In this document: piece after piece, positions 54,716 to 63,906 of the stretch
Layout: every line of letters starts with the position of its first letter
Numbering within the stretch: position 1 is the stretch's first letter
Assembly: GCA_016432365.1 (NCBI GenBank)
Contig: CP066686.1
Location: forward strand, 874,918 to 938,917
From: Candidatus Woesebacteria bacterium
Lineage (GTDB): Bacteria > Patescibacteriota > Microgenomatia > UBA8517
Length of the DNA stretch: 64,000 bases
Reading direction: 5' to 3'
Notes under the pieces: model-generated
Database searches by the model: none
The model's input: the letters and a program-made list of their open reading frames with translations, nothing else
Told to the model about the DNA's origin: nothing
Program-made: the position numbers and the translations under genes

Positions 54716-55966
54716 TTATTCCCAAGTCTTGATTTCCCCCTGAGGTAAACGAAATTTTTTTGGAGTTACAAAAAGAAGTAAAACTGACACTACCACTACG
54801 ATCACCCCCACAATACCGAACGTCATTTGTTCCCCTACTTTTGAAGAAATCAGTCCCGTAAACGGTGGGGCAAAAATATATGAGATATTTACCATCGAAT
54901 TGGTTAAACCTATCATTTCTTTTTTCTCTCTACCCATTCTGGCAACAACATCAGAATAAACGCCTTCTATTAATGGATAGCTGATTGATACCGCGATGGA
55001 AGACAGGAGTACCATAGAAAGCTGCCAGAAAACGGTTCCGCTTAATGTTAATGCAATCAAAAATAATCCTGCCAAAATTAACATTTTTTCACTTAAGATT
55101 TTCTTGCCTTTATATATTCCCCACCTGGCAATAATTAAACCCGTGACAATGCCTGGAAATTGGTATATCGGCAAAAACAACCCTCCCCAGAAATTTTCTC
55201 CGGAAAGTTTTTCTGTATAAACCGCACCCGTTGTCCAAAAAGTTGAATCGATTAATCCCAAAAGCAAACTTATTACTATTGCCGGCCACACCACCTTACC
55301 AAGGGTGAGCCAATGCCTAATTTCTAACCCGGGGTTTACTTCGGTTAAATCAACTTTTACAGGAATATCGTGAACTTTTTCTGTAATCAGAAGTAAGATC
55401 AGTGCAGCCACCAAAAATAAAATAATCGAAGCTTCCGTAATGACGTAACCCCTATACAGAAGATAAGATGCAATAAGAGGTCCTAAAAAATAGGCCAAAT
55501 TCAAAAATATTCCGGCTACTCCCCAAGCCGACGAGCGCATGTGTGGAGGCACAGATCCTTCCATAAATTGATAACTGGCGAATGAAATTAGTTCATAATA
55601 AATCCCCCAAAGTGCCATGGTGACAAGAAATATTGAAACAAAAGGCCAAAATATTGTGTTTACGAGAAAAAACGAAGTAAAGCCCGACATCATTATTCCC
55701 CAAAACACAAGTCCTCTTGCGCGGACACCTCGGAGTAACTTTGGAAAAACGATATCTGCCATTAGCCCAACAACAGACTGAAAACTTATAATTAATCCCA
55801 TTACCACAGAGCTCCCCAAAACACTTTGGATCTGAACCGGAGCCCAAAAACTTATAATTCCGTCGCTCAACCTGGCCAAAAACAGAATGAAACAGAAAAG
55901 CAAAATCTTTGGCCAAAATTCATTTTGAGAAATTTGAAGATATCTTCTGGAGAATAACGCAAACAT
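54716..55966 (-). CDS. MFS-type transporter
   Basis: About 12 predicted TM helices. Start set at the internal Met (MFALFSRRYL); the upstream part of the ORF looks non-coding. Confidence 0.6.
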   Translation of the reverse strand: MFALFSRRYLQISQNEFWPKILLFCFILFLARLSDGIISFWAPVQIQSVLGSSVVMGLIISFQSVVGLMADIVFPKLLRGVRARGLVFWGIMMSGFTSFFLVNTIFWPFVSIFLVTMALWGIYYELISFASYQFMEGSVPPHMRSSAWGVAGIFLNLAYFLGPLIASYLLYRGYVITEASIILFLVAALILLLITEKVHDIPVKVDLTEVNPGLEIRHWLTLGKVVWPAIVISLLLGLIDSTFWTTGAVYTEKLSGENFWGGLFLPIYQFPGIVTGLIIARWGIYKGKKILSEKMLILAGLFLIALTLSGTVFWQLSMVLLSSIAVSISYPLIEGVYSDVVARMGREKKEMIGLTNSMVNISYIFAPPFTGLISSKVGEQMTFGIVGVIVVVVSVLLLFVTPKKFRLPQGEIKTWE

Positions 55967-56084
55967 GATTAATCTTAAGTTCCCCGGAAATTTTATGCAA
56001 GATTTTGAAAATTGAAACATTGTGTATATAATAATGGCCTGTACTGGCACGTTTGTAACAAAAATCTTTTTTCTGGAGAGAAAA

Positions 56085-56351
56085 ATGAGCCAAACTGCAT
56101 GTATTTGCAATCCCTTACACTCCCATAAAAACAAGAGGTGCAAAAGATGTTTCCCTCCCAAGTGGAAACAAAAGAAAATTCAAACCGGAATGACCGGACA
56201 TGACCCCAAGCGGTATGCTGAAATTAAACAGCATGTCGGTATCAAGTTGGGTGAGGCCCTACTTTTGCAAAGCGCACCAATTCCTGTGGAGACCGATGAT
56301 GAAGAACCGACAGAATGGGAAGAAATTGATCGTGAATACGCCGACGCGTAA
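56085..56351 (+). CDS. hypothetical Cys/His-rich small protein
   Basis: CICNPLHSHKNKRCKRC; acidic C-terminus. Confidence 0.2.
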   Translation: MSQTACICNPLHSHKNKRCKRCFPPKWKQKKIQTGMTGHDPKRYAEIKQHVGIKLGEALLLQSAPIPVETDDEEPTEWEEIDREYADA

Positions 56352-56513
56352 CAAATCAGCGTCAAAACCGGCGGTTTCGATCAATAAACACAAAAGCCAA
56401 GGAGCAAGAAAGATAACCAGGGACGGAAAAAAGTAGTTACAATTGAACAAAAATACCGAAAGGTGGAATGAAAATTTCTCAGCCCACCTTTCGGTACGTC
56501 TTTTAAGTTCTTC

Positions 56514-56555
56514 CTTTTCGCTTTTCGCTTTTCGCTTTTCGCTTTTCGCTTTTCG
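56514..56555. repeat. 7-bp tandem repeat (cttttcg), about 5-6 copies, downstream of gmd
   Basis: Head-to-tail cttttcg units. My hand count (5) and the ORF-track frame (implies 6) disagree by one unit, so copy number and end coordinate are approximate. Confidence 0.6.
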
Positions 56556-57587
56556 CTATTTAAGTCTCGCTATATGCGCATCTACCATCATGGCAACTAA
56601 CTTTTTAAAAGTAGTTGTTGGTGTCCAGCCCAAGATCTTCTTAGCTTTTGCCGGGTTTGCGACCAACGGACCTGTTTCGGTCGGTCTAACAAATCTTTGG
56701 TCAATCTCTACATAATCCTCCCAATTTAATCCGACGTACTCAAATGCTTCCTCACAAAGCTCCCGAATCGTGTGGGTTTCCCCAGTCCCGATTACAAAAT
56801 CGTCCGGCTTAGGCTGTTGCATAATTAACCACATCGCCTCCACAAAGTCTCCCGTAAAACCCCAATCACGTTTAGCTTCTAAGTTCCCCAAAGCGACTTT
56901 TCCATTTTTGACAATCGGCTCCCCTTCTTCGTTCAAATGATCCGAGTTTTTGATCCCAAGCTTTGCTGCTGCTGCTGCGTAGGTAACCTTTTGCGTAACA
57001 AAATTCAAATGGCGTCTGGGAGATTCGTGATTAAAAAGTATTCCACAGGCTGCAAACATGTTGTAGCTTTCCCTATAAATTCTGGTCATAGAATGCGCGT
57101 AAAGTTTGGCTGCTGCATAAGGATTTGCCGGATTAAACGGTGTATCTTCACTCTGAGGAATTTCTCTAACCCAACCAAACATCTCGGAAGAGCTTGCCTG
57201 ATAGAACTTAGCTCGCGGAACCACATCCCAAACCGCATCAAGCACCCTGTGGGCGCCAAGAGCTGTAATTTCGGCAGTATGGATAGGTTGTTTAAAACTC
57301 TCCGCCGGGTGGCTCTGAGCTGCCAAATTGTATACCTCATCTGGCTGAATCTTTTGAATCGCCTCACGGAGTGACACAGGATCAAGAAGGTCTGCCTGAA
57401 TCAGATGAAGACGATCTTGAATATGGCCAATGTTGTCATAAGACATGTTGCTGCTTTTCCTGACAATCCCGCCTACAACGTCATATCCTTTTTTAAGAAG
57501 CAGTTCCGCCAAATACGAGCCGTCTTGACCGGTTATCCCTGTGATAAACGCCGTTTTGCTCTTGGGGCCCACCTTTTTCTTCGTCAT
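56556..57587 (-). CDS. gmd: GDP-mannose 4,6-dehydratase
   Basis: AFITGITGQDGSYLAELLL Rossmann motif; SDR catalytic region; 343 aa. Confidence 0.9.
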   Translation of the reverse strand: MTKKKVGPKSKTAFITGITGQDGSYLAELLLKKGYDVVGGIVRKSSNMSYDNIGHIQDRLHLIQADLLDPVSLREAIQKIQPDEVYNLAAQSHPAESFKQPIHTAEITALGAHRVLDAVWDVVPRAKFYQASSSEMFGWVREIPQSEDTPFNPANPYAAAKLYAHSMTRIYRESYNMFAACGILFNHESPRRHLNFVTQKVTYAAAAAKLGIKNSDHLNEEGEPIVKNGKVALGNLEAKRDWGFTGDFVEAMWLIMQQPKPDDFVIGTGETHTIRELCEEAFEYVGLNWEDYVEIDQRFVRPTETGPLVANPAKAKKILGWTPTTTFKKLVAMMVDAHIARLK

Positions 57588-57590
57588 GTG

Positions 57591-58622
57591 TCATATTTTA
57601 ATGATAATTATCAGTAAAATCCAGTGGACAATACTCAAGGGTTGAACCATTGAGTATGTTAAAAATGACAAAAGTGCAATTTTTTTGTTTATTTCAAGCC
57701 CAACAAATGTCTGATACAGAAATCCGAAAAATAAAATCAAGCCGACAATTCCGGACCACATGGTCACATCCAAAAACAAGTTGTGTGCGCGGTCAACTAT
57801 CAAATCCGATAAAGGAATGCCGCTCTTGACAAAAGCCTGATTAAAAACAAACTCACCGCTCTCCGCGCCGTAACCTAATATCGGTTTTTGTGAGATCTGA
57901 TTAACCGCCAGTTTCCAGATAATAGGCCTGTTTTCAAAAGGAGAAACCCCCTTTCCGATTGTAAAAATGTACAAAAATAAAACCATAGCCGGAATTAAAA
58001 CAATCAGAAAAGTTTTTTTTACGTTCCCCAAAAACGGAACTATTGCAAGAATTCCCGATCTTGATTGAGCCAAAAAAATTGTAAGAATAGGAACCAACAA
58101 TAATAATTTAGGGAAGGACTCAAAAACAAAATATGAACCGATTGCCAAAAATCCCGCTACCGCATTTGCCTCGCCAATTGTCCCAAGGGGGTGACCAAAA
58201 TATAATCTACCCCCAAAGAACTGAAAAATCACCACCACACATTCGATAAGAACCACTACTCCGACACTTTTAGTTAAAAGTTTTTTATGATCCTTATCGA
58301 GAAGTTCAACAGTTTTTCCGATCAACCATAAAGCAAGAAAAAAAATTACTCCCTCCTGTCTATAGCTTCCTCCCAAAAAAGATTCAAAAGGATGAATTCC
58401 GATAAAACTTGAGACTGAAAGGGTAAAAAGCCATGCAAGAAAAAAATAATCCGACTTGGAAAATGTAAAATATTTTTTGTATTTAAGCACCCTAAATATC
58501 CAAAAAATTATAAGCGGTACACTTCCTGTCAAAAAGTAGAAAACCTTTGGTCCTTCGTACAGACCTTTCCACACGACAAGGGGAAGCGCTGCTAAGTAAT
58601 AAATAAGGATGTCGTAAAGCAT
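57591..58622 (-). CDS. O-antigen polymerase/ligase-like polytopic membrane protein
   Basis: About 10 TM helices. Adjacent to gmd, consistent with surface-glycan synthesis. Confidence 0.45.
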   Translation of the reverse strand: MLYDILIYYLAALPLVVWKGLYEGPKVFYFLTGSVPLIIFWIFRVLKYKKYFTFSKSDYFFLAWLFTLSVSSFIGIHPFESFLGGSYRQEGVIFFLALWLIGKTVELLDKDHKKLLTKSVGVVVLIECVVVIFQFFGGRLYFGHPLGTIGEANAVAGFLAIGSYFVFESFPKLLLLVPILTIFLAQSRSGILAIVPFLGNVKKTFLIVLIPAMVLFLYIFTIGKGVSPFENRPIIWKLAVNQISQKPILGYGAESGEFVFNQAFVKSGIPLSDLIVDRAHNLFLDVTMWSGIVGLILFFGFLYQTFVGLEINKKIALLSFLTYSMVQPLSIVHWILLIIIIKI

Positions 58623-58705
58623 TACAATTAATTATATCCGATGCTTTTTTCTATTGTTTTGAAATAGCTATTGATAATAAATAATTACATGACTAATATT
58701 AATTA

Positions 58706-60547
58706 ATGGATTTTAAAACTAGGTTCAATTCTCTGCCTGTTTCAACCAAAAGACTTCTTGGAATAGGTGTTGTTTTGGCCCTTGCTGTTGCTCTCCCCCT
58801 CTTTATTTGGGCAATCATCACTCAAAGATTCCTTATTATTAAACGTGCTTCAAGTGGAGAACCAGGTGTTTGTCTGGCGCAAAATAAAGTTATTATTGTT
58901 ACTCCGGAATCTGACACGAATGGAACCTGTCACAATATTCAAACCGCGGTGGACGCAGTTACAGGTGACGGCTATACGGTTCAGATAGAACCCGGGACTT
59001 ACAACATAACATCAACAATTAACGTCAGCGGAAAAACAAACATAAATATTACCGGTAATTCACAAGCCGGCTCAGGTGCAGCCGTAATCAACTCAACTGC
59101 CGGTGGAGGGTGGGGATTCTTGGTAGACAGCTCATCCGGAACTATTCAATACCTTTCGATGCGGGGAGGAAGCTCAAACGGGATGTTAAGTGTAAAGAAT
59201 AGTAATAATTTTTCTGTAGCCTATACTAGCTTAAACTCTCAGTCATCTCACACTTTAGATGTTCAAGGATCAAACCATATCAGTATAATTAATAATGAAA
59301 TTGTAAGTTCCGCCGGAGCTGTTGAAGTTGGTACTTCGAACTATGTAAATGTAGCAAACAACAAGATCCACGACTCGGCAAACGCGATTTCGATCCATAA
59401 TTCTACAAATGTAAACGTGTTGGGAAATCTGGTTTACAATAACCGTGAATCGGGACTGACAATTAATGCTACCAACGGCTCAATTAGGCTTTTGAAGGTT
59501 AGCCACAATACTTTTGTAAACAACACCACAGGTAGTCCGAATTCTGCAACCATATTTTTGATAGGAAATTTCGGACGAAACCTGGAATTCAGTAACAACA
59601 TAGTTACTTCGAGTGTTGGGGCCGGAATTGACTCAAGAAGCAGACTCGCCTTTGATACATTTTCTTTCAACGATTTTTATAGAAATAACCCCAACTACAA
59701 ACAGTATCAAGTTATGACCGGAAGGTCGGGAAATATATCCGCTGATCCCCTACTCAATTCCGCCAACTTTATTTATTGTCCAAGTTCCAACTCTCCTGTT
59801 ATTTATGGAAACGTTGCAAACGGTAGATATATGGGTTACATGGGACCATGTGGGACAGCAACTCCAACCCCGACACCTACACCTACCGGAACACCCACCC
59901 CTACACCAACCGGATATCCCAGTCCAACACCCTCACCTTCGGCGACGCCAACGGCAACTCCGGGTGTGACTCCTCCCCCAACTGTAAGACCATTCGAAAT
60001 ATTGCTAAAGTTTGACGGTGTCACCGATGGTTCGGCTGACCTCGCAAAAGTAACCGTAAGGTTTATTAATTCAGCATTCGGCAACTCCCTTGGACTAACC
60101 ACACCGGCGCTCCCGGTCAATTATGTTGATAGTGGGGTCTACAGATTACCGTTTGGTGTTTGGTCATCCGACCTTGTCTCCCTTTCAAATTATTCGATTG
60201 TACTAAAAGGAGAAAAGCACTTGGGTGTAAAATTCTGCGCTCCAAGCGGACAAACAACTCATTGTTCAGGAAGTGAAACAGGAAGCATCTCGCTTCCCAA
60301 TGACCCGTTGCAAATGGTTTCCCTGGACTTTACAGGGATTTCTCTTCCCGCAGGAGACACTTATCCACAAGACGGAGTTGTCAATTCTGTCGACTACGAC
60401 AGAGTAAGAAGTTTATTTAGCAAACCGGATTCCGAATTAACAACTACTGACAAACTCACAGGCGACCTTAATTACGATGGGTTCATCGATATTAGGGATT
60501 CATTCCTAATTAGAAAAACATTAGGAACCAGATACGATGAAAATTAA
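58706..60547 (+). CDS. secreted right-handed beta-helix (pectate-lyase-like) protein with PT-rich linker and C-terminal dockerin-like module
   Basis: N-terminal signal-anchor. Parallel beta-helix repeats (NNEIVSSAGAVEVGTSNYVNVANNKIHDSANAISIHNSTNVNVLGNLVYNN). A TPTPTPTPTGTPTPTPTGYPSPTPSPS linker. C-terminal DLNYDGFIDIRDSFLIRKTL matches the dockerin Ca-binding repeat. Confidence 0.55.
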   Translation: MDFKTRFNSLPVSTKRLLGIGVVLALAVALPLFIWAIITQRFLIIKRASSGEPGVCLAQNKVIIVTPESDTNGTCHNIQTAVDAVTGDGYTVQIEPGTYNITSTINVSGKTNINITGNSQAGSGAAVINSTAGGGWGFLVDSSSGTIQYLSMRGGSSNGMLSVKNSNNFSVAYTSLNSQSSHTLDVQGSNHISIINNEIVSSAGAVEVGTSNYVNVANNKIHDSANAISIHNSTNVNVLGNLVYNNRESGLTINATNGSIRLLKVSHNTFVNNTTGSPNSATIFLIGNFGRNLEFSNNIVTSSVGAGIDSRSRLAFDTFSFNDFYRNNPNYKQYQVMTGRSGNISADPLLNSANFIYCPSSNSPVIYGNVANGRYMGYMGPCGTATPTPTPTPTGTPTPTPTGYPSPTPSPSATPTATPGVTPPPTVRPFEILLKFDGVTDGSADLAKVTVRFINSAFGNSLGLTTPALPVNYVDSGVYRLPFGVWSSDLVSLSNYSIVLKGEKHLGVKFCAPSGQTTHCSGSETGSISLPNDPLQMVSLDFTGISLPAGDTYPQDGVVNSVDYDRVRSLFSKPDSELTTTDKLTGDLNYDGFIDIRDSFLIRKTLGTRYDEN

Positions 60548-61589
60548 ATTTTTTCTTAAAACTTTATTTGTTTCCTGCCTTTTTTTTGTGGCAAGCGGAC
60601 TTACAGGTCAGGTTTACGCAGCCCCCAGAATTTATTTTGAGCCTGCAACATACTCCACTTCTAAAAACACGGATTTCCAAATAAATCTTAAAATTGACGT
60701 TGAAAGCAAATCTTCAACAGGCGCAAAAGTTACTCTGAACTTTCCGTCTGACACCATAACTTTTAAAGATCCTGCAAACGGAGGGTTTTTTAGTGATTTT
60801 TCATTTTCCCGAAGCGATGGGAAAATTGTAATCAATGCCCAACCGGCATTGGGAGATAGTAAATCAGGAAACGGAACTTTGGCTGTTTTGACTTTAAATT
60901 CAAATAAAGACACAGGAACCGGAGCAGTTAGCATCACCTGTTCAGGGAGTGGCAACGATAGTTTTATTCTTGATTCAACTGGCGCAAACATCTTGGATTG
61001 CGGATCTATCAATCAATTGAGCCTTACCTACTCTTCAAGCAGCTCTGGTGGAAATTCCGGAGACGGGCCAACAAACGCCTGTGGAGGAACTTGCGGAAGT
61101 GTATACAATTGCAATTCCGGACTATTCTGCTATCAGGGTTTTTGTAGAAACCCGGATTGCCGAACAGACTTGACCTGCGGTTGCAAAAGTCCTACACCTT
61201 CGCCTTCTGCAAAACCCAAGACTCCGACTCCAACAATAAAACCGTCGTCGACCCCCACAGTCGTGACTCTAACCCAATTTACTCCGTTACCTTCATCTAC
61301 TCCTTCGGCCACACCGGTTTCTAGTGGTAGCGGATCAGGTCTAAACCTGCAAAGTGTGGCTCTTTGGGCTGGACTAGGGATCTTGGGCCTTGCTATATTG
61401 TTTGCCATTATCGGGATGATCAAAAGCAGAAATAAACCGCCCAAAATAACTCCTCCGGAAACAACAACGACGACGACAACCACAACCGAAGTGACCACAC
61501 CTTCATCCCTCAATACTCCGCCTGAGCCGCCGGCTGTTCCACAACCACCACCCATGCCTCCAGTCGAACCCCCTCCTGCCACTTTTTAA
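60537..61589 (+). CDS. membrane-anchored cohesin-like beta-sandwich protein with Cys-rich module and Pro-rich C-terminal tail
   Basis: Signal peptide. A beta-rich roughly 140-aa module (RIYFEPATYSTSKNTDFQINLKIDVESK...GTLAVLTLNS...) of cohesin-like composition. A Cys-rich knot, TP linker, TM helix (ALWAGLGILGLAILFAIIGMI) and Pro-rich tail. The ATG overlaps the upstream stop (ATGAAAATTAA). Confidence 0.35.
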   Translation: MKIKFFLKTLFVSCLFFVASGLTGQVYAAPRIYFEPATYSTSKNTDFQINLKIDVESKSSTGAKVTLNFPSDTITFKDPANGGFFSDFSFSRSDGKIVINAQPALGDSKSGNGTLAVLTLNSNKDTGTGAVSITCSGSGNDSFILDSTGANILDCGSINQLSLTYSSSSSGGNSGDGPTNACGGTCGSVYNCNSGLFCYQGFCRNPDCRTDLTCGCKSPTPSPSAKPKTPTPTIKPSSTPTVVTLTQFTPLPSSTPSATPVSSGSGSGLNLQSVALWAGLGILGLAILFAIIGMIKSRNKPPKITPPETTTTTTTTTEVTTPSSLNTPPEPPAVPQPPPMPPVEPPPATF

Positions 61590-61652
61590 ATTTCCGATTT
61601 TTGTGTTAAAATGGAAACCAAGAAAGATAGGTGATTTTATCAGACTATAAAA

Positions 61653-61847
61653 ATGTTCATACTCAAAAAGAATAAAGGCGAAAGCGATGACAAGCTAATT
61701 GCCCGCTTCCGCAAAAAAACCATTGTAGAAGGTGTAATGCAAGAATATCGCGACCGCGAACACTACAAAAAACCTTCTGAAAAAAGGAAAGAGGCCAAAT
61801 ACAGGATTGCCCACTCTATTGAATTGGAGAAAAAGAGGCACTTCTAA
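61653..61847 (+). CDS. rpsU: 30S ribosomal protein S21
   Basis: ...LIARFRKK...EYRDREHYKKPSEKRKEAK..., the S21 pattern; 64 aa. Confidence 0.7.
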   Translation: MFILKKNKGESDDKLIARFRKKTIVEGVMQEYRDREHYKKPSEKRKEAKYRIAHSIELEKKRHF

Positions 61848-61865
61848 TTTTGCATAGCAAAAATT

Positions 61866-61976
61866 AAATTCGAAAATCCAAATCCGAAATTCGAAACAGT
61901 CCTCAAGTTCCAAAGTTTTAAATTTGGAACATTTTTGATTTTGAATTTGTTTAGGATTTCGGATTTCGTGCTTCGA
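61866..61976. repeat. interspersed repeat element, family A, copy 2 (inverted relative to copy 1)
   Basis: The reverse complement aligns with 17560..17672 over about 110 bp. The core tttgtttaggatttcggatttcgtgcttcg equals the reverse complement of 17566..17595. Confidence 0.7.
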
Positions 61977-62778
61977 GTTTAGAACTCCAAGTGTTGACGA
62001 AGGCTTTTCTGTGTAATTTGGTCATTCCATGTTTTTTGATGGCTTTTTGATGTTCTTTTGTGCCGTAACCCTTGTTTTTACCCCATTTGTAAATCCTGAA
62101 TTTTGAATTATTTGATAATTTTGTCATCAAACTATCTCGATAAACTTTAGCTATAATTGAGGCCGCCGCGATTGAAATTGATTTCGTGTCCCCTTTGACA
62201 ATCGCCTTCTGATTTCTACGTCTTAAACCCTTTACATAAGGTATGTAAAAAGCATCTATTAGAAGATAGTCAATCGAAGTCTGATGTGAGAAATTTGAAG
62301 TTTGAATAGGAAATATGAATTTAGAATTATGAATTTTGAGTTTTCGGGCCTCAGACTTCATTTTTCGAACTTCGTTATCCCGCTTCGCTTCTCTGTCTTC
62401 CAAATTCTTACTGGCCACTTTGATCGCCAATCGGAAAGCTATCTCACTCGCCTTTTTGGTCCCAAATTTATTTATCTGAGCAACACTCGCCTGACCAATT
62501 CCAACTGCGAGTGCGTTTTCCCTTATCCACTTATCCGCGATCTCTCTTTGTTTCGGAGACAGTCGCTTTGAATCATTGATAATTATCTGATTATTTGCAT
62601 ATTTGCTTTTCAGCGCAGCTGACGACATTCGCTTATTGAAGACGGCGCATCCGGCTACAACCGGACCTGCAAAACAGCCCCGGCCCACCTCGTCTACTCC
62701 GGCAACGGTTTTAAAACCTCGTTTCCAAGCTTTTTTTTCGAAAGAGAAATCCGGTAATTCCATTTGTCGTTTTTTCAT
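61951..62778 (-). CDS. rnhB: ribonuclease HII with about 50-aa internal insertion
   Basis: GVDEVGRGCFAGPVV and DSK catalytic motifs. An extra low-complexity segment (NLEDREAKRDNEVRKMKSEARKLKIHNSKFIFPIQTSNFSHQ) is encoded by repeat-like DNA at 62288..62400. Confidence 0.8.
   Translation of the reverse strand: MKKRQMELPDFSFEKKAWKRGFKTVAGVDEVGRGCFAGPVVAGCAVFNKRMSSAALKSKYANNQIIINDSKRLSPKQREIADKWIRENALAVGIGQASVAQINKFGTKKASEIAFRLAIKVASKNLEDREAKRDNEVRKMKSEARKLKIHNSKFIFPIQTSNFSHQTSIDYLLIDAFYIPYVKGLRRRNQKAIVKGDTKSISIAAASIIAKVYRDSLMTKLSNNSKFRIYKWGKNKGYGTKEHQKAIKKHGMTKLHRKAFVNTWSSKLEARNPKS
62288..62400. repeat. family-A-related repeat fragment inside the rnhB coding sequence
   Basis: aaatttgaagtttgaatagg...tttttcgaacttcgttatcccgcttcgcttc shares the ttcgaa(t/c)ttcg...gcttcg blocks with family A. 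Confidence 0.45.
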
Positions 62779-62821
62779 TGCCTTGATTATACTACCCGCA
62801 ATCTGTTACAATTTAGCTTCG

Positions 62822-63007
62822 ATGAAACAAATTTTCAACTTCTTTTCTGAGGTTAAAATCGAGCTTTCCAAGGTAACTTGGCCTAAAAGAGACGACGTTA
62901 TAAAGCTCACCTTGATAGTATTCGCTGTCTCAGCTATAATTGGAGCCTACGTCGGAGGTTTAGACTTTTTATTCACAAAACTTCTAGCGTTAATTGTTAC
63001 TAAATAA
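62822..63007 (+). CDS. secE: preprotein translocase subunit SecE
   Basis: 61 aa; MKQIFNFFSEVKIELSKVTWPKRDDV...; single TM helix; conserved secE-nusG order. Confidence 0.7.
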   Translation: MKQIFNFFSEVKIELSKVTWPKRDDVIKLTLIVFAVSAIIGAYVGGLDFLFTKLLALIVTK

Positions 63008-63010
63008 TAT

Positions 63011-63637
63011 ATGGCAGACGATCAAAAACAGGAGGATATAACCCAAATTGCTGAGCGTGGAACCGGAAAAAAGAAGATCCCCGGTCACATGGTAATTGCT
63101 CAAACAGAAGATCCCAAGGCTAAATGGTATGTGGTCCATACCTCCTCAGGACACGAAGTTCGTGTTATGGAGACTCTTAGACAAAGGGTTGAAACGATGA
63201 ACCTTGTTGGCCGAATATTCGAAATGCTTGTCCCCACTCAAGATAGAGTCATCATCCGCGGTGGTAAAAAGGCCACAATCAAAGAAAAGATTTTCCCGGG
63301 ATACCTTCTGGTTAAAATGATTTTAGACGACCCAACCTGGTTGGCAGTTCGCACCACAGCAGGAATTACCGGATTTGTAGGCGCAGGCAACAACCCGACA
63401 CCTTTGTCCGAAACCGAAGTTGCCAACATTCAAAAGTTTGTCAGCTCCCCGGCTCCCAGGTTCAAAACCAAATTTACAGTTGGAGAAGCTGTCAAAATCA
63501 CCGACGGACCTTTCAGCGATTTTCTTGGAACGATTCACGAAATGGACGATGAAAAAGGTAAAGTTAAAGTTTTGGTAAGCATTTTCGGACGAGAAACCCC
63601 AGTCGAGCTTGACTTCTTGCAAATCCAAAAAGTATAA
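63011..63637 (+). CDS. nusG: transcription termination/antitermination factor NusG
   Basis: NGN domain (KWYVVHTSSGHE) and KOW motif (GEAVKITDGPFSDFLGTI). Confidence 0.9.
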   Translation: MADDQKQEDITQIAERGTGKKKIPGHMVIAQTEDPKAKWYVVHTSSGHEVRVMETLRQRVETMNLVGRIFEMLVPTQDRVIIRGGKKATIKEKIFPGYLLVKMILDDPTWLAVRTTAGITGFVGAGNNPTPLSETEVANIQKFVSSPAPRFKTKFTVGEAVKITDGPFSDFLGTIHEMDDEKGKVKVLVSIFGRETPVELDFLQIQKV

Positions 63638-63639
63638 GT

Positions 63640-63906
63640 TTATTTGTAGAATATTTCCCCTGTTTGAGGATTGATCGAAGAGAGTCTTTGTGTCTCACCA
63701 TCGCTACGCTTTAACAAAACTCCGAATTTTCCTGTTTTTGGTTCAAAAACACGAACTAATGTGCTCCCATATACTCCTTCAGTTTTGTCTTCTATGGCCA
63801 CGACCTCAAGGACTTCTGTAGCTTTTCCAAATGGAGTATGCTCTAAAGTATCTCCAATGTTTATATCACCTGTCTTAATTCTTTCTGCCACAAGCGGATC
63901 ATACAT
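63640..63906 (-). CDS. hypothetical protein (88 aa)
   Basis: ORF only. Confidence 0.25.
   Translation of the reverse strand: MYDPLVAERIKTGDINIGDTLEHTPFGKATEVLEVVAIEDKTEGVYGSTLVRVFEPKTGKFGVLLKRSDGETQRLSSINPQTGEIFYK

Noticed and set aside
56443-56715. 90-aa ORF reading through the (cttttcg)n repeat as a gene
   Set aside because: Its open frame depends on the repeat copy number, and it overlaps the gmd 3' end on the opposite strand. It is most likely spurious. My hand translation of the printed sequence here was also 7-10 nt out of register with the ORF track, so no fine-scale claims are made for this region.
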